From Balamuthia mandrillaris (Eukaryota), in contig JAVKOQ020000004.1 of assembly GCA_031835245.2 (NCBI GenBank), forward strand, positions 310,001 through 374,000: DNA of 64,000 nt, written 5' to 3'. Under the pieces are notes generated by a model. The model was given only the letters and a program-made list of their open reading frames with translations, was not told the origin of the DNA and searched no databases. Within the stretch, counting starts at the first letter, position 1. Each line of letters begins with the position of its first letter. Position numbers and translations under genes: made by a program. Below are positions 1-12,776 of this stretch, one piece after another.

Positions 1-310
1 TCTTGTTCTTGTTCTTGTTCTTGTTCTTCTTGTTCTTGTTCTTGTTCTTGTTCTTCTTCTTCTTGTTCTTCTTCTTCTTGTTCTTCTTCATGTTCTTCTT
101 CTTCTTCTTCTTCTTCTTGTTCTTGTTCTTGTTCTTGTTCTTGTTCTTGTTCTTGTTCTTCTTCTTCTTCTTGTTCTTGTTCTTCTTCTTCTTCTTGTTC
201 TTCTTCTTGTTCTTCTTCTTCTTCTTGTTCTTGTTCTTCTTCTTGTTCTTGTTCTTGTTCTTCTTCTTGTTCTTGTTCTTGTTCTTCTTCTTCTTCTTCT
301 TCTTTCTTGT
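1..310. repeat. Compound (TTC)n/(TTG)n microsatellite
   Basis: Uninterrupted mix of TTC and TTG triplets from the window start to about 310; it explains the poly-F/L and poly-R/T ORFs. Confidence 0.95.
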
Positions 311-349
311 TCACGGCCACGTTCTTCTGGGTAGTACTTTTCTCCTCCG

Positions 350-357
350 TGACGACA
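350..357. promoter_or_regulatory. TGWCGWCA element (TGACGACA) upstream of RapGAP
   Basis: CGTGACGACACGA about 85 nt upstream of ATG 440, followed by TATAAA; the same motif recurs upstream of many genes in the window. Confidence 0.55.
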
Positions 358-439
358 CGATATAAACAAAATTAATTGAGGATCAAAAAAAGAAAAGAAA
401 AGAAAATATTAAGGAGGAGGAGGAGGAGGAGGGAGGGTG

Positions 440-2880
440 ATGAGTACAAAGCCGAGGAAAGGAGGCGGCGGCAGCCAAACCAGCCAAGAGGCCTTTGCCC
501 AGCTCAAAGAGGAAATAGACCAGTTCGTCCTCACCAGCCAAGTCAAGCCTCCCTCCCTGCTGCAACACTGGTTCTCTCTCCGCACGGCTGATTTTGCTGC
601 CTCGGCGGGGGAGGAGGAGGAGGCGATCGGCTCCGAAGAGAACAGCGACCAGGAACCCATTTCACGCCTCGCCTCCGCGTTCAACTACACCAGGAAACTG
701 ACCGGCAGTCGCAGCGGCTTCACCAACTTCTTCACCGGCAGGACCAAAAAATTGCTGGCCCAAAGCCTGTCCTCCCCCCACATTCGCCACCAACAGCGGT
801 TGCTCACCTTCTCCAAGTCATCCAACGTGAAGCCCGCCGTCGCCCAAGATGACATCGAGGTGAACTATCCCGTCTCCACTACGACTGCTGCAGCAGCTTC
901 AGCAGCTTCAACAGCGGCCGCTCCGGTGGACATGAGTGAGGCTGCCTCCAAGTCGAATAGACACACCAAGAGCTATCGCTATCGCTCGGGGAGCAGCATC
1001 GCTGGGAGTGCTCCCTCTGCGCATTCTTCTTCTTCTTCGTCTTCGTCTTCGTCTTCCTCTCCATCCTCCAAACTCCGACAAACCACCATGAAAAAGAACA
1101 AGAAGAACCTGAAGAAAGGGAAGAGAGAAAAAGAGGAGGAAGAGGAGGAAGAGGAGGAGGAAGACAAAGAAACGGGAGGACCAAAGGGAAAAGGACAGTT
1201 TGTGCGATTGAGGGAAGGCGGTTCGCTTCGTGAGTGGGCAAACACTCTTCCTTCTGCTGATACAGAAGGAGGAGGAGAAGGAGAACATGCTTTGCTTATT
1301 CAAGCGGATTTGCAAGAGTACAACGTGGAAGTTGGAGGTGGTATCTCTGCTGATGCCCTTCCTTCTTCCCCGAAGAAAGCAGAGGACAGCAACAAAAGAA
1401 GAACGGTCAACTTTGGTGGGGGTGATGATGAAGACGGAGATGAAGGAAAGAATACGAAGGAGACGGCTCCGGTAGAACCTCCTGTTTTCTTGGAGCATGC
1501 TGAAAGTGATGTTCCTTGTTACCGATGTTTCTTCCACAACCAGCGTACGCTCTCTCTCTTTGTCTCTCCATTCTATTCTCGTCTCACCCTAGCCTTGTTC
1601 TTTTCTCCTTCCTCTTCCTCTTCCTCTTCCTCTTCCTCTTCCTCTTCCTCTTCCTCTTCCTCTTCCTCTTCCTCTTCCTCTTCCTCTTCCTCTTCCTCTT
1701 CCTCTTCCTCTTCCTCTTCCTCTTCCTCTTCCTCTTCCTCTTCCTCGTTTACAATGCCATTCAACAGCACACATCAACTTAATGGGAACGCATCCACAAT
1801 TGGGACCAATGATCATTTCCGTGCTCACCAAGCAATCCTCTCCGCTTTCTCGCATGTTGCTATGGACATGCGAAGGGGAGGTAACAGCCTGGATCCCAGC
1901 CTGCAACAAAGCTGCAGAGGTCACTCACATGCTCAAAAGGACTTACTCTCAGCTGTCAACGATGAAATTCTACAAAATGGGTTCCTCGAAATCATCACAA
2001 GCAAAGGATGGTGCAGGAGGAGATGTAGAAGCAGATCTACTGCATTATGAGACGCGACTTCATAGCACCAACTATAAGTTTGGAGTGTTGTATTGTGGCC
2101 CTGGACAAACCGATGAGAACGACATGTATGCTAATGGTTCGTTTTCTCTCTCTCCCTCTTCTCTCCTATTCTATGTTTTCTGTCTTCTGTCCCATTTCTT
2201 GTCTTGTGAAGATTACAAATGAATTATTTTATATCTAGAACAAGGGAGTGCCGAGTTTGATGCATTTCTGGAGTTTTTGGGTGAGAAGATAGAGTTGACT
2301 GGTTGGCAAGGCTTTCGTGGTGGCCTCGATGTGAAAGGAGGCACCACTGGGACACACTCTGTATATACTAAGTACTTCGACTTTGAGATCATGTTTCACG
2401 TCAGGTTTCTATTACATTTTCTTCTTCCTTTTGCCCTGTTTGCTTATTACGACTTTTTTCTATATCTCACTTAGCACAATGCTTCCTTTCCAAGCGGAGG
2501 ATGAGCAGCACGTGGAACGGAAACGTCACATCGGAAATGATGTTGTGGTCATCGTGTTCAAAGACAACAACCTTCCTTTCAAACCAGAAATTCTTACTTC
2601 TCAATGCACCCGTACGTTCTTTCTATTCTCCGTTCTTTAATTTCTTTCTTTTTGTTTCTTATATATTCTTCTTTCTTTTATCCCTCTCAGAGATAATGGC
2701 GGTGGTGGAGCCGATTCCTCATCCAGAGGCAACAGGTCAACCTGGAAAGTATCGCATTGGCTTCATCAGTAAAAAAGGAGTCGCCTACTTTGGACCGCCC
2801 GTACCTCAGGCCTCCGATGAATTCGAAGCAACACCCCACACTTGGGATTTTCTTATGACCAAATGTACTTCGTTAGCTCT

Positions 2881-2911
<31 letters not shown>

Positions 2912-3133
2912 CTTCTCTCCCTCTCTCTCTCTCTCTCTCCCTCCTTCTCTCCCTCTCTCTCACCCTGGTTTCTCTTCTCTGCTTCCGTCTTATTTTTATA
3001 TTGCAAAAAAAAAAAATCCCAAGTGATAAACGGAGAAAAGGCAGCAATGAGGTCACCTGCTTATGCTCTAAAGTTCCAAAAGACAAAGCGAGCTCTGCTC
3101 AAACACATTCTGGACAAACACAGTCGTGGCTAG
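440..3133 (+). CDS. Rap GTPase-activating protein (RapGAP domain, long low-complexity N-terminus), 6 exons
   Basis: Introns 1545-1767, 2137-2238, 2405-2474, 2612-2690 and 2865-3023 give YKFGVLY, FLEFLGEKIEL, GFRGGLDV, EIMFHVSTMLP, the Asn-thumb KRHIGNDVV and TKLINGEKAA. Confidence 0.92.
1606..1746 (+). repeat. (TCCTCT)n microsatellite in RapGAP intron 1
   Basis: Perfect hexamer run inside GT-AG intron 1545-1767. Confidence 0.95.
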
Positions 3134-3672
3134 GGAAGGAAAGGTCCCCTTTTTTATTTATTACCTTTGTTGTTTGGAAAAAAAAAACCATTTTTCCATT
3201 CTTCTTCTTTTCCTCTGGAGGACATATTGCTGAGAACACTGTCTTCACCCCTTTAACCAAACGGGAAAGGAGAAAGAAAGAACGAAGAGAAAGATTGTTA
3301 CACCGTGCTCGAGTTTGTTTGAAGAAGCTCGCGTCCCAGCACACATCCATACGGAGTCGTTATGTGTAGCGTTCAGATGAAAGCATGAAGGCAGCACTCG
3401 CAATTGTTCTTCTGCTATCTTCCTATGGTTTCGGTACGGTGGTCTGGAGGACAACCAGCACTGCTCTACACCCACTTTGACACCAAGGAGCAGGCCACAT
3501 TCTTGGATGAGCATGTCCCACCCTTGGTAGCCTCTGGCATCGCAAGTCGAATTGGAGACCTCCACCAACGTGCCCGTGTTCTTCTTTAAAAAAAAACAAC
3601 AAAGATAACATGTTTTTCAAAGTCTGCTTCACTTTTCTTGTTGGTTGTTGGTATGTACAATACAAACATTGC

Positions 3673-4305
3673 TCACTGCTGCTGACCCGCAGAAGAAGCT
3701 TCATCACAAGCCCGTTTTATCTCTGCAAAATTTTTGTTAGAAGCAATAGCTAAGCGAAGAGAGAACAAGAGGTGGAGGAAAGCAGAAGGAAGAATAACAA
3801 GAAGAAGGAGAAACGTACTTTCAAAGACTTGTTTAAAAGCAACAGCAGCAGCACTCTCTGGGAACAACTCCACAAAGCTCTCTCCCTCATCGCACGCTCT
3901 GGCCAGCCGTGGGTCCAACGGGATGCGCCCCAAGAACGGCACTCCAAACTCCTTCGCCATGCGCTCCCCTCCCCCGGTCGTCGGTGCAAAGATCTGCGTC
4001 TCCGTTTGGCACTTGGGGCACACAAAGCCGCTCATGTTCTCCACCACGCCCAAGATTGGCACGCCCACTTTGCGGCAAAAGCCGATCTCCTTGCGGACGT
4101 CTGCGAGGGCCACCTCCTGCGGGGTCGTCACGAGCACGGCGCCGTCGATCCCGGCCGATTTGAGGTACTGTGTGATGGAGAGGTGCTCGTCGGAGGTGCC
4201 GGGAGGTGTATCGATGACGAGGTAGTCCAACTCACCCCAGTCCACATCGCGAAGGAATTGCTTGATGAGTCCTGATAATAGAAGAAGAGTTTGAAAAAGG
4301 ATTGT

Positions 4306-4346
<41 letters not shown>

Positions 4347-4955
4347 GGAAGAGCCAAGAAGAAGAAGAAGAAGAAGAAGAACAAGAAGAAGAAGAAGAAG
4401 AAGAACAAGAAGAAGAACAAGAAGAAGAACAAGAACAAGAAGAAGAAGAAGAAGAACAAGAACAAGAATGAAAGAAAAGGAAGAAAGAAGAAAGGTACCA
4501 TTTTTCTTGGGTCCTCGCCAGATGACGGCCTCATCGGGGTTGGACAACAGGAAGCCAATGCTCATGATCGCCAGGTTGTCCTGCAGGTAGACGGGGGACC
4601 ACCCCGCCCCGCTGGCATGGATCTCCTCCCCCTCCAAGCCCATAATCTTGGGGATGCTCGGCCCACAAATGTCAATGTCCAGGAGGCCGACCTGATGCTC
4701 TCCCGAGCTGGCAAAAGTGTGGCTCAGCTGGGAGGAGAAGGTGCTCTTGCCGACGCCGCCCTTGCCAGACAGGATCAGGATCTTGCGCCGCACTCCAGCC
4801 AATTTCTCAGCGATGAGAGCCACATCGGGGTCGGGTCCTTTGGGGGCGGTTTGGCAGGCGCTTTGGTTGGGGCAGCCTTGGCAGGCCTGGGAGCGACCTG
4901 CCTGCTCGGACTCCGTGCCGGGGCAGTTGTGAGGCACTTCCTTCGACTCGCTCAT
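3673..4955 (-). CDS. NUBP1: Cytosolic Fe-S cluster assembly factor NUBP1/Nbp35, 3 exons
   Basis: N-terminal CPG..C..CPNQ..C motif, deviant P-loop [39 protein letters not shown]; introns 4272-4498 and 3723-3818. Confidence 0.96.
4307..4468. repeat. (GA)n plus (GAA/CAA)n microsatellite in NUBP1 intron 1
   Basis: Visible directly; pyrimidine-rich on the sense strand. Confidence 0.93.
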
Positions 4956-5195
4956 TTTCTTTTCTTTTCTTTTCTTTTTTGGGAATTGTTGGCGTTTTGC
5001 GCCACCGAATTTATATGGCATGCCTCTTGGATGGCAAAAGTTGGTTACTTTTCCACTTGTTATCACATTACGTCACAAATGTCTATATTAGGTAAATGGT
5101 GACACACAATCCATTTGTTTGTCTTTTTGTTTTTTTCTTTTTTCTTTTCCTTTTTTCTTTCTTCTTTTTCTTTCTTCTTTTTCTTTTTCTTTCGG

Positions 5196-5428
5196 TTAGA
5201 AGTGGTCTTTACGAGAACGCAAAGCAGCCATGACCTCAACAGGAGAGGCGGACTCGGAGAGGCCCAACGCATTCTGGATGGCAGGCTCCGTCACCCGCAT
5301 GAATGGATTGAAGGAGAGCTCCTCTTCAACGGTGGATGGAATGGTGGGTTCTCCTCTGCTTCGTTTTTGCTTGGCCCATTCAAGCTTTTCCTTCATTTAT
5401 GGTTTGTTGGCCAAGCGTTCAGAGACAT

Positions 5429-5464
<36 letters not shown>

Positions 5465-6077
5465 GGTTTACCTTTAGGGCTTGGTTGTCTTTGTCAACGG
5501 TTAAGGCAAACTCGAGATTTTTCTGAGAAAAAAGTTCAGTACACATAGCGAGAGAGAGAGAGAAGAGGCAAACTGACAAAAAACAAGAGTACAAAGAATA
5601 CAAAGAAAAACATTTACCACAGTATATTCATGGCCGCAATAGACACGAGTGGAAGAAGGGAGCTTAGCCACCACTTCGCACAGGGCGTGATGCATCTGCT
5701 CCGCCGAGCCCTCAAAGAATCTTCCACAACCGCCAATGAAAAGAGTATCCCCAGAGAAGAGCGCTTTGGGTTCTCCTTCATCTCCTGAAGACACCAAATA
5801 GAGGACGTGGCCGCGAGTGTGACAGGGAGTGAAGAGCACGTCGACGTGAAGGTCGCCGATGGAGAAGCTGTCGCCACCGCCGACCTTCTTGGTGAGCTGT
5901 GGGATTCTGTCATCGCCGCCGTAGACTTGGAGCCCTTCTATGGCCTTTGTTATGCCTTTGTTGCCGCCAGAGTGGTCCCTTTTGTTGATGAAGGAAGAAA
6001 GCATGAGAAGAGAGAACGAGACAATAAGAGAGGAGAAACAAGGAGGAGGCGAAGAGAATGAGAGAACGAGAAGCAAA

Positions 6078-6122
<45 letters not shown>

Positions 6123-6913
6123 CGAAAATTACGTGTGATGGTGCGTAGTTAGAACTGCTTTGATCTCCACACCTTCTCGCTTGGCCGCCTCGATGACGCG
6201 CTCATGCTCCGCTGGATCCACTACATATAATATTGGCATTATTCTCCTTAGAAAAAAACCAAGCAAGCTCTTTTGCAGAAGAAGAAGAAGAAGAAGAAGA
6301 AGAAGAAGAAGAAGAAGAAGAAGAAGAAGAAGAAGAAGAAGAACAAGAAGAAGAAGAAGAAGAACAAGAAGAACAAGAAGAAGAAGAAGAAGAAGAACAA
6401 GAACAAGAAGAAGAAGAAGAAGAACAAGAACAAGAACAAGAACAAGAACAAGAACAAGAACAAGAAGAACAAGAAGCGCAAGAAAGAACAAGAAGAACAA
6501 GAAGAACAAGAGCAGTGAAAAGTTAAAAAAACAACCTGCTGCTGCGATCTTGTTTTTCGAATCGATGAGGAGGTAAGCTGCCGTGGCAAAAGGTTTATTC
6601 TATAAGATGAGCGAAATTTAAAAAAAAAAGAAAAAAAACGCAAACCATAGTTATCAGACAACACAGGAACAGGTACTACTTCCATGTTTGCTGCTTCAAA
6701 AAAAAAGTGAGAAGAACAAGAGAGATGGGAGAGAAGAGGGCTGGTACTCTTGTGCTGAAAAGAGGAAGAAGAACAAAATGATTTTGCGAGAAGATGCGGT
6801 GAAGAAGGAGAAGATGGAGGATTCCCAAACAAAGAGACACGAGAGGAAGCGACAAAGATGGAGCTGCCTGGAGGTACTACGGCCACCGCCCTGCGCAGAC
6901 ACTTCTTCCACAT
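5196..6913 (-). CDS. HAGH: Hydroxyacylglutathione hydrolase (glyoxalase II), multi-exon, with putative mitochondrial presequence; second ATG at 6685
   Basis: Spliced product has VPVLSDNYAYLL, VDP, LTTHHH.DHSGGN, TPCHTRGH, FSGDTLFIGGCGRFFEG, YCGHEYT, NPFMRV and LRSRKDHF. Confidence 0.95.
6278..6510. repeat. (GAA/CAA)n microsatellite in a HAGH intron
   Basis: Visible directly; lies between exons encoding ...KIAAA and VDPAEH... Confidence 0.93.
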
Positions 6914-6980
6914 CAAACCCACTAACTTTACTTTTTTATTTATTATTTTTGTTGTTTCCACGTTGAATTATATTATTATA

Positions 6981-6993
6981 TTTCGTGACGACA
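6981..6993 (-). promoter_or_regulatory. TGTCGTCACGAAA element upstream of HAGH
   Basis: TTTCGTGACGACA about 70 nt upstream of ATG 6913; its reverse complement matches 22326-22338 exactly. Confidence 0.6.
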
Positions 6994-7053
6994 TATTTCC
7001 GGGACGACCTGAAGAAACGACCCTTCGCTCATCTGCAGCCTTTCACACTTCAG

Positions 7054-7114
<61 letters not shown>

Positions 7115-7413
7115 CTCTTCTCTCTCTCTCTCTCCACTCCTTGTGACAGTATGGCCCCAAGAGCTGGGTGAGAAAATGAACAAAGCAAAACATTGGGAGG
7201 GGAGTATTTATCTTGCCAAAGAAATGGTACAATGAAAATAAGAAAGAAAGACGAGGAAACCAGAGAAGAGAAGGAGAAAATAGAACAAAAATATTAGCCT
7301 TGGGCTTTTTGTGAGCGATGTGAGCGTAAGAAACTTTTTTTTGCTTCCTGAAAGACGGAAGAAGATGACCTTCCCCCGAAACGAGAGTCGCTTGTGGTGA
7401 CAGTGTAGTCATT

Positions 7414-8426
<1,013 letters not shown>

Positions 8427-8823
8427 TTATGACCTTTTTTTTATGATACACAGAAAACAACAAGGTTGCAGCCCTCTTTTCTTTGTGGAGAACAGAAACA
8501 GAAAAAAACAAAACAAAAGCCACAAACGAACAAACAACAAAAAAAAAAAATGGGTGAAACCAATAAAGTCTTTCTGTGAGCTGAGCTATTTTTACCTTTG
8601 TTCTTTGTTTTGGGTGTCGTTTTGCCCAGATAGCCTATTTTAGGAAGTATGCGGAGTTTTTATTCCTGTCCAATCCTATTCCTCCACATCAGCTACATGC
8701 AAAACTCCGAAGCAACAAAAAAAATTACAAAAAAATAAACAAAAAAAAGAGAAAAAAAAAGAGAAAAAGTGAACCCTTTTCTCTTTCGCTTTCGCTTTTG
8801 GATCGCTCTTGCCTGTTGGCAAG

Positions 8824-9346
8824 CTAATCTTGATGAGGGTGGAAAGCCGGAGCGGCAGCAGGCACAGGAGCAGGGGCAGGGGCAGGGGGTGGGGCCGGCA
8901 CGTGATGCACGCCCATGCCTGGTTGCCATGAGGGCAACAGCGAGTAAAAGAACGGCACTACGACGTTCTCCAACTCGCGGTAGAGGCCAAGCGAAGAAGA
9001 AGGAGGAGACCGAGTGGTCGTTTCGGTCGGTGGGGTGCTCTCGTTTTGTTGTGGTTGTTCTTGGTGCTGTTGTGGTTGTTCTTCACGAGGTTGTGGTTGG
9101 GGAGGAGGTGCTTGACGGGCAGGTTCGGCTCGTACCACTATGACACGCTGAAACGAATTGAAAGCACCGATTTGGTAACTTTTTTTTTGTTTGGAAAGAA
9201 ACGATAAGTAAACTATCTTATTGAAAGTAAGGAAATGAATGGAAGGAAGAAGATTCAAAGAAGAAAGAACCCCACAACGGTCAAGATAAAGGAGCCAAAT
9301 AACAAAAACAAAGAAGGAGAGAGAGCGAGAGAGAGAGAGAGAGGAA

Positions 9347-9381
<35 letters not shown>

Positions 9382-10268
9382 AATGACAGGAACGAATAAG
9401 ATGAAGAAAAGAGGAGTTAAAAAAAACGTACGCATAATACAAAGCTGAGGCAACGGAAAGAAAGACGATGCGCCCCCAGCTTCCGCCCTGACCGAAAATA
9501 TACACCGCCAACACCAACCGAATGAGCAAAGCCCAGTTTGGCCGAAAGAGCCCATAGGCTCCTGCGGCTTGCTGTTGTGCGTCAAACCCGAATCCTTGCT
9601 CCTCCTCCTGTTGCAGTTGCTGTTGTCGCCAAGCGCCCATGCCTCCTGCTCCACCTCCTCCGGCGGGCATCCTTGGAAGGGCTGGCGGAGGAGCAGCTGC
9701 CGCTGGAGCAGCAGCAGGTTGTGGGACATAACCTCCTTGTTCCTTTTTTTTTTAGATGAATAAAACAAACAGAAAAAGCACATTAACAAACAAACAAAAA
9801 TAAAACAAAAATGAAGAAATAAAATCAAAGGAAAAATCGAAAAGCAAAAGGAAAAAGTGTACCTCAACAAAGCTAGAAGGCCGTGGTGCTTCTGGAGGAG
9901 GAACTACCAAATGGAACGTATGAGGACCCGAAATAGCTCTCTAATAGTACCCAAAAATAAATAAATAAAGTCAATCAAAAATGAAAATCTTGGATGAGTC
10001 GAACTGCTGTATAACACCAAACCAAATGAACAACACGAAAAAAAAAACAACCCACCTTCTGAGATTCAAGCACGGATTGAATGGTGGCCGAATCTTGCAG
10101 CAAACGGCCAGCAAAAATCAGCTTTTGGGAAGCAGGGCCAGGACGGCCCGGATACTCTTCAGCCAGCCTGCCCTTCAGCTGACCCACGGTCTGATCGAGA
10201 GGGAAGACCAGAGGAAAGTCTTCCCGCCTTACAGGGCTCTTGATGATCAACTGGATCTCGCTCGACAT
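8824..10268 (-). CDS. HERP-like ERAD membrane protein with N-terminal ubiquitin-like domain
   Basis: UBL with TVGQLKGRL..YPGRP...QKLIFAGRLLQD and HTFHLV; hydrophobic hairpin LLIRLVLAVYIF..RIVFL..YYAYQIG; C-terminal FFYSLLP typical of HERP family. Confidence 0.75.
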
Positions 10269-10365
10269 GTGTTGCGCTTGTGTCTTGTTTCAATCGAATC
10301 GCTCTCTCTGCTACTCTTTTTCGTTTATGCTTTTTTTTATTTGCGCCAAGGCCGGGTTTCGTACA

Positions 10366-10373
10366 TGACGTCA
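10366..10373. promoter_or_regulatory. TGACGTCA (CRE-like TGWCGWCA element) in HERP-like/LSm3 divergent promoter
   Basis: Palindrome between divergent ATGs at 10268 and 10560. Confidence 0.5.
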
Positions 10374-10559
10374 GCACTAGCTTCCGTTTTCCTTAAAACG
10401 TATCTTCTGCCAGGTGGCGTCGTCCGATTGGTTGATACATGAGCGACCCCTCAGCGATCATGATCTGAGTTAGTGATCTTATCCAATGAAAATCAAAGAA
10501 AAATTCACAACAAGAAAGAAAGGCAGAAGAAGCGCAACCAAAAAAAAAAAAAAAACGCA

Positions 10560-11021
10560 ATGGCGGATGATAGCGGCGTAGTGGAGGAACCTTTAGACCT
10601 TCTTCGACTGAGCTTGGGGGAGAGGATCTATGTAAAGATGAGAGGGGACAGAGAGCTTCGAGGAGTGCTTCACGTAATGTCATTTCAGATTGCCGATCAC
10701 CGCTTTTTCGCTTGTATGTGTTCTTATTGTTTTTTTTTTTGGTTCTATTAGGCGTACGACCAACATTTGAACATGGTTCTCGGGGAGGTGGAGGAAGTAG
10801 TGACCACTGTGGAGATTGATGAAGAAACAGAAGAAGAGCTTATCAAGGTACGCTAGTCCATGGTTCACCTTCCAACAACAACACACCGTCACACACAGTA
10901 AGTAATTCTCACGTTGAACCCAAACAAAACCAAACCAACACAGAGACAAACACGGAGCATCGACATGCTGTTCGCGCGAGGAGATGGCGTTATTCTGATC
11001 TCTCCTCCTTTGAAGGTCTAA
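10560..11021 (+). CDS. LSM3: U6 snRNA-associated Sm-like protein LSm3, 3 exons
   Basis: [41 protein letters not shown] ... [15 protein letters not shown]. Confidence 0.96.
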
Positions 11022-11138
11022 ACGGAAAACAAAGAGCAAAAAGCTGACTTTTCTCCCTTGGTTCTTTTTTCCATGTCGTCCCGAATTCGTAGCTCGCTTT
11101 TATAAATTTGCATGCGGGGGGAGTCGAACCGGTGATTG

Positions 11139-11151
11139 TGTCGACACGAAA
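11139..11151 (+). promoter_or_regulatory. TGTCGACACGAAA element upstream of Bud32
   Basis: About 60 nt upstream of ATG 11207; one mismatch to the 13-mers at 6981 and 22326. Confidence 0.6.
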
Positions 11152-11206
11152 ATTTACACGTCGACGCGAACAAAATGGTAGAGAGAAGAACGAAGAAAGA
11201 ATATCC

Positions 11207-12425
11207 ATGGAGGAAACATCTTCCACTGCCAGTGGTGGCGGCGTGCCTGCGCTGCCTGCCCAGACGGTTCTCATTTCTCAGGGAGCAGAGGCGGTACTTT
11301 GTTATTATTCATTTTTTAAAAAATGTTTTTTTAAAAAAAACAAACAACAATCAAACCAAATTAATAGAGAGTTTATGAGACGCGGTTCTTTGGGAAGCGG
11401 GCCATCGTGAAGGAACGTTTTTCCAAGCAGTACAGGCATCCAACTCTCGACAAAAAGCTCAATGAAAGCAGAATCACACAGGTTTCGTTTAGTTTTTTTT
11501 TTCTTGAGCCTTTACTCTCTTTTGACGAAATTAAAAAAAAAAGGAAGCCCGTTGTTTGATGAAAAGCAAAAAGGCAGGCGTGGCGGTGCCGGCCCTCTAC
11601 TTTGTGGACACGAACGCGTTGCGCATCTACATGGAGTACGTGGAGGGACAGACCGTCAAGCATTGGCTTTTTGCTCATCCCGAAGAGACTGGTATTTTTT
11701 CTCTTTTTGTAGTTTCTCGTGCTCTGTGTTCTCTTTCTTGTTCTTGTTGTTCTTGTTCTTGTTCTTGTTCTTCTTCTTCTTCTTCTTCTTCTTGTTCTTG
11801 TTCTTGTTCTTGTTCTTGTTCTTGTTCTTGTTCTTCTTCTTCTTCTTCTTCTTCTTCTTCTTCTTCTTCTTCCTGTGCTTATGCCACACAAAAGACAATC
11901 AACAGCTGGCCGAGGCCATTGGACAGAGTGTTGCTCGTCTTCACTCGCTGGGTGTCGTTCATGGTGACCTGACCACCTCCAACATGGTTCTTGCAGATGA
12001 CTTTAAGTTGGTTAGGCTATTTGTTCTTTGTTCTTTTCTTTTCATTTCGTTTGGCATTCATTTTGTCTCTAACTTTCTTTCTTTCGTTCATCATGTCATT
12101 GTTTTCTTACAGGTGTTGATCGACTTTGGTCTGAGTTATGTATCAAGAAATCCTGAAGAAGACCAAGCTGTGGATCTTTATGTGTTAGAACGTGCCTTCT
12201 TGAGCACTCACCCTAACTCTGAAACATTGGTTCTCCCTCTCGTCTATTCTGCACTCTCGCTTTCTCATTTTCTAGCTATCTCCTCTTGCTTCTCTGCTCT
12301 GCTCCTTTGTAAGTGGCTGACAAATGTTATTATCTTTAAAGTTTGAGGGGGTATTACGGGCATATAAGCGTACAGCAAAGAATGGAAATGGAGTTATATC
12401 TCGGCTTACCATTGGTATTACTCTA

Positions 12426-12465
<40 letters not shown>

Positions 12466-12540
12466 CTTCTCCAACAATTCAACTCATTCATCTTTATTAT
12501 AGTACGACAACGTGGAAGAAAGAAGCTTGCTTTTGGCTGA
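11207..12540 (+). CDS. TP53RK: KEOPS complex kinase Bud32/TP53RK, multi-exon
   Basis: [57 protein letters not shown] and C-terminal [12 protein letters not shown]. Confidence 0.95.
11735..11871 (+). repeat. (TTC/TTG)n microsatellite in a Bud32 intron
   Basis: Visible directly. Confidence 0.93.
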
Positions 12541-12776
12541 AGATATTTTGCAAACATGTTTATTTGGGAAAAGCGTTTTCTCTGCAATACATTCTTCTTT
12601 GTTGTCGTTTCTTGTCGTTTCTTTCTTTCTTGCCGTTACTTTGTTTCTTGTCGTTTCCTTCTTTCTCTTCTTCTTTTTTGTCGTTTCTTTCTCTCATTAT
12701 AAATGCGGTTATCTGCACAAGTCACTATTTCTCTAAAAAGGTACAGTAAGTGGCGATTCTCTATTTACACGAATTC

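Noticed and set aside
3..369. Poly-F/L and poly-R/T ORFs
   Set aside because: Translations of the TTC/TTG microsatellite; no credible start. The same applies to ORFs at 6129-6576, 11373-11972, 19943-20459 and 22877-23486.
3377..3589. Selenoprotein readthrough (ATG AAA GCA TGA ...)
   Set aside because: No redox motif around the TGA and no recognisable SECIS.
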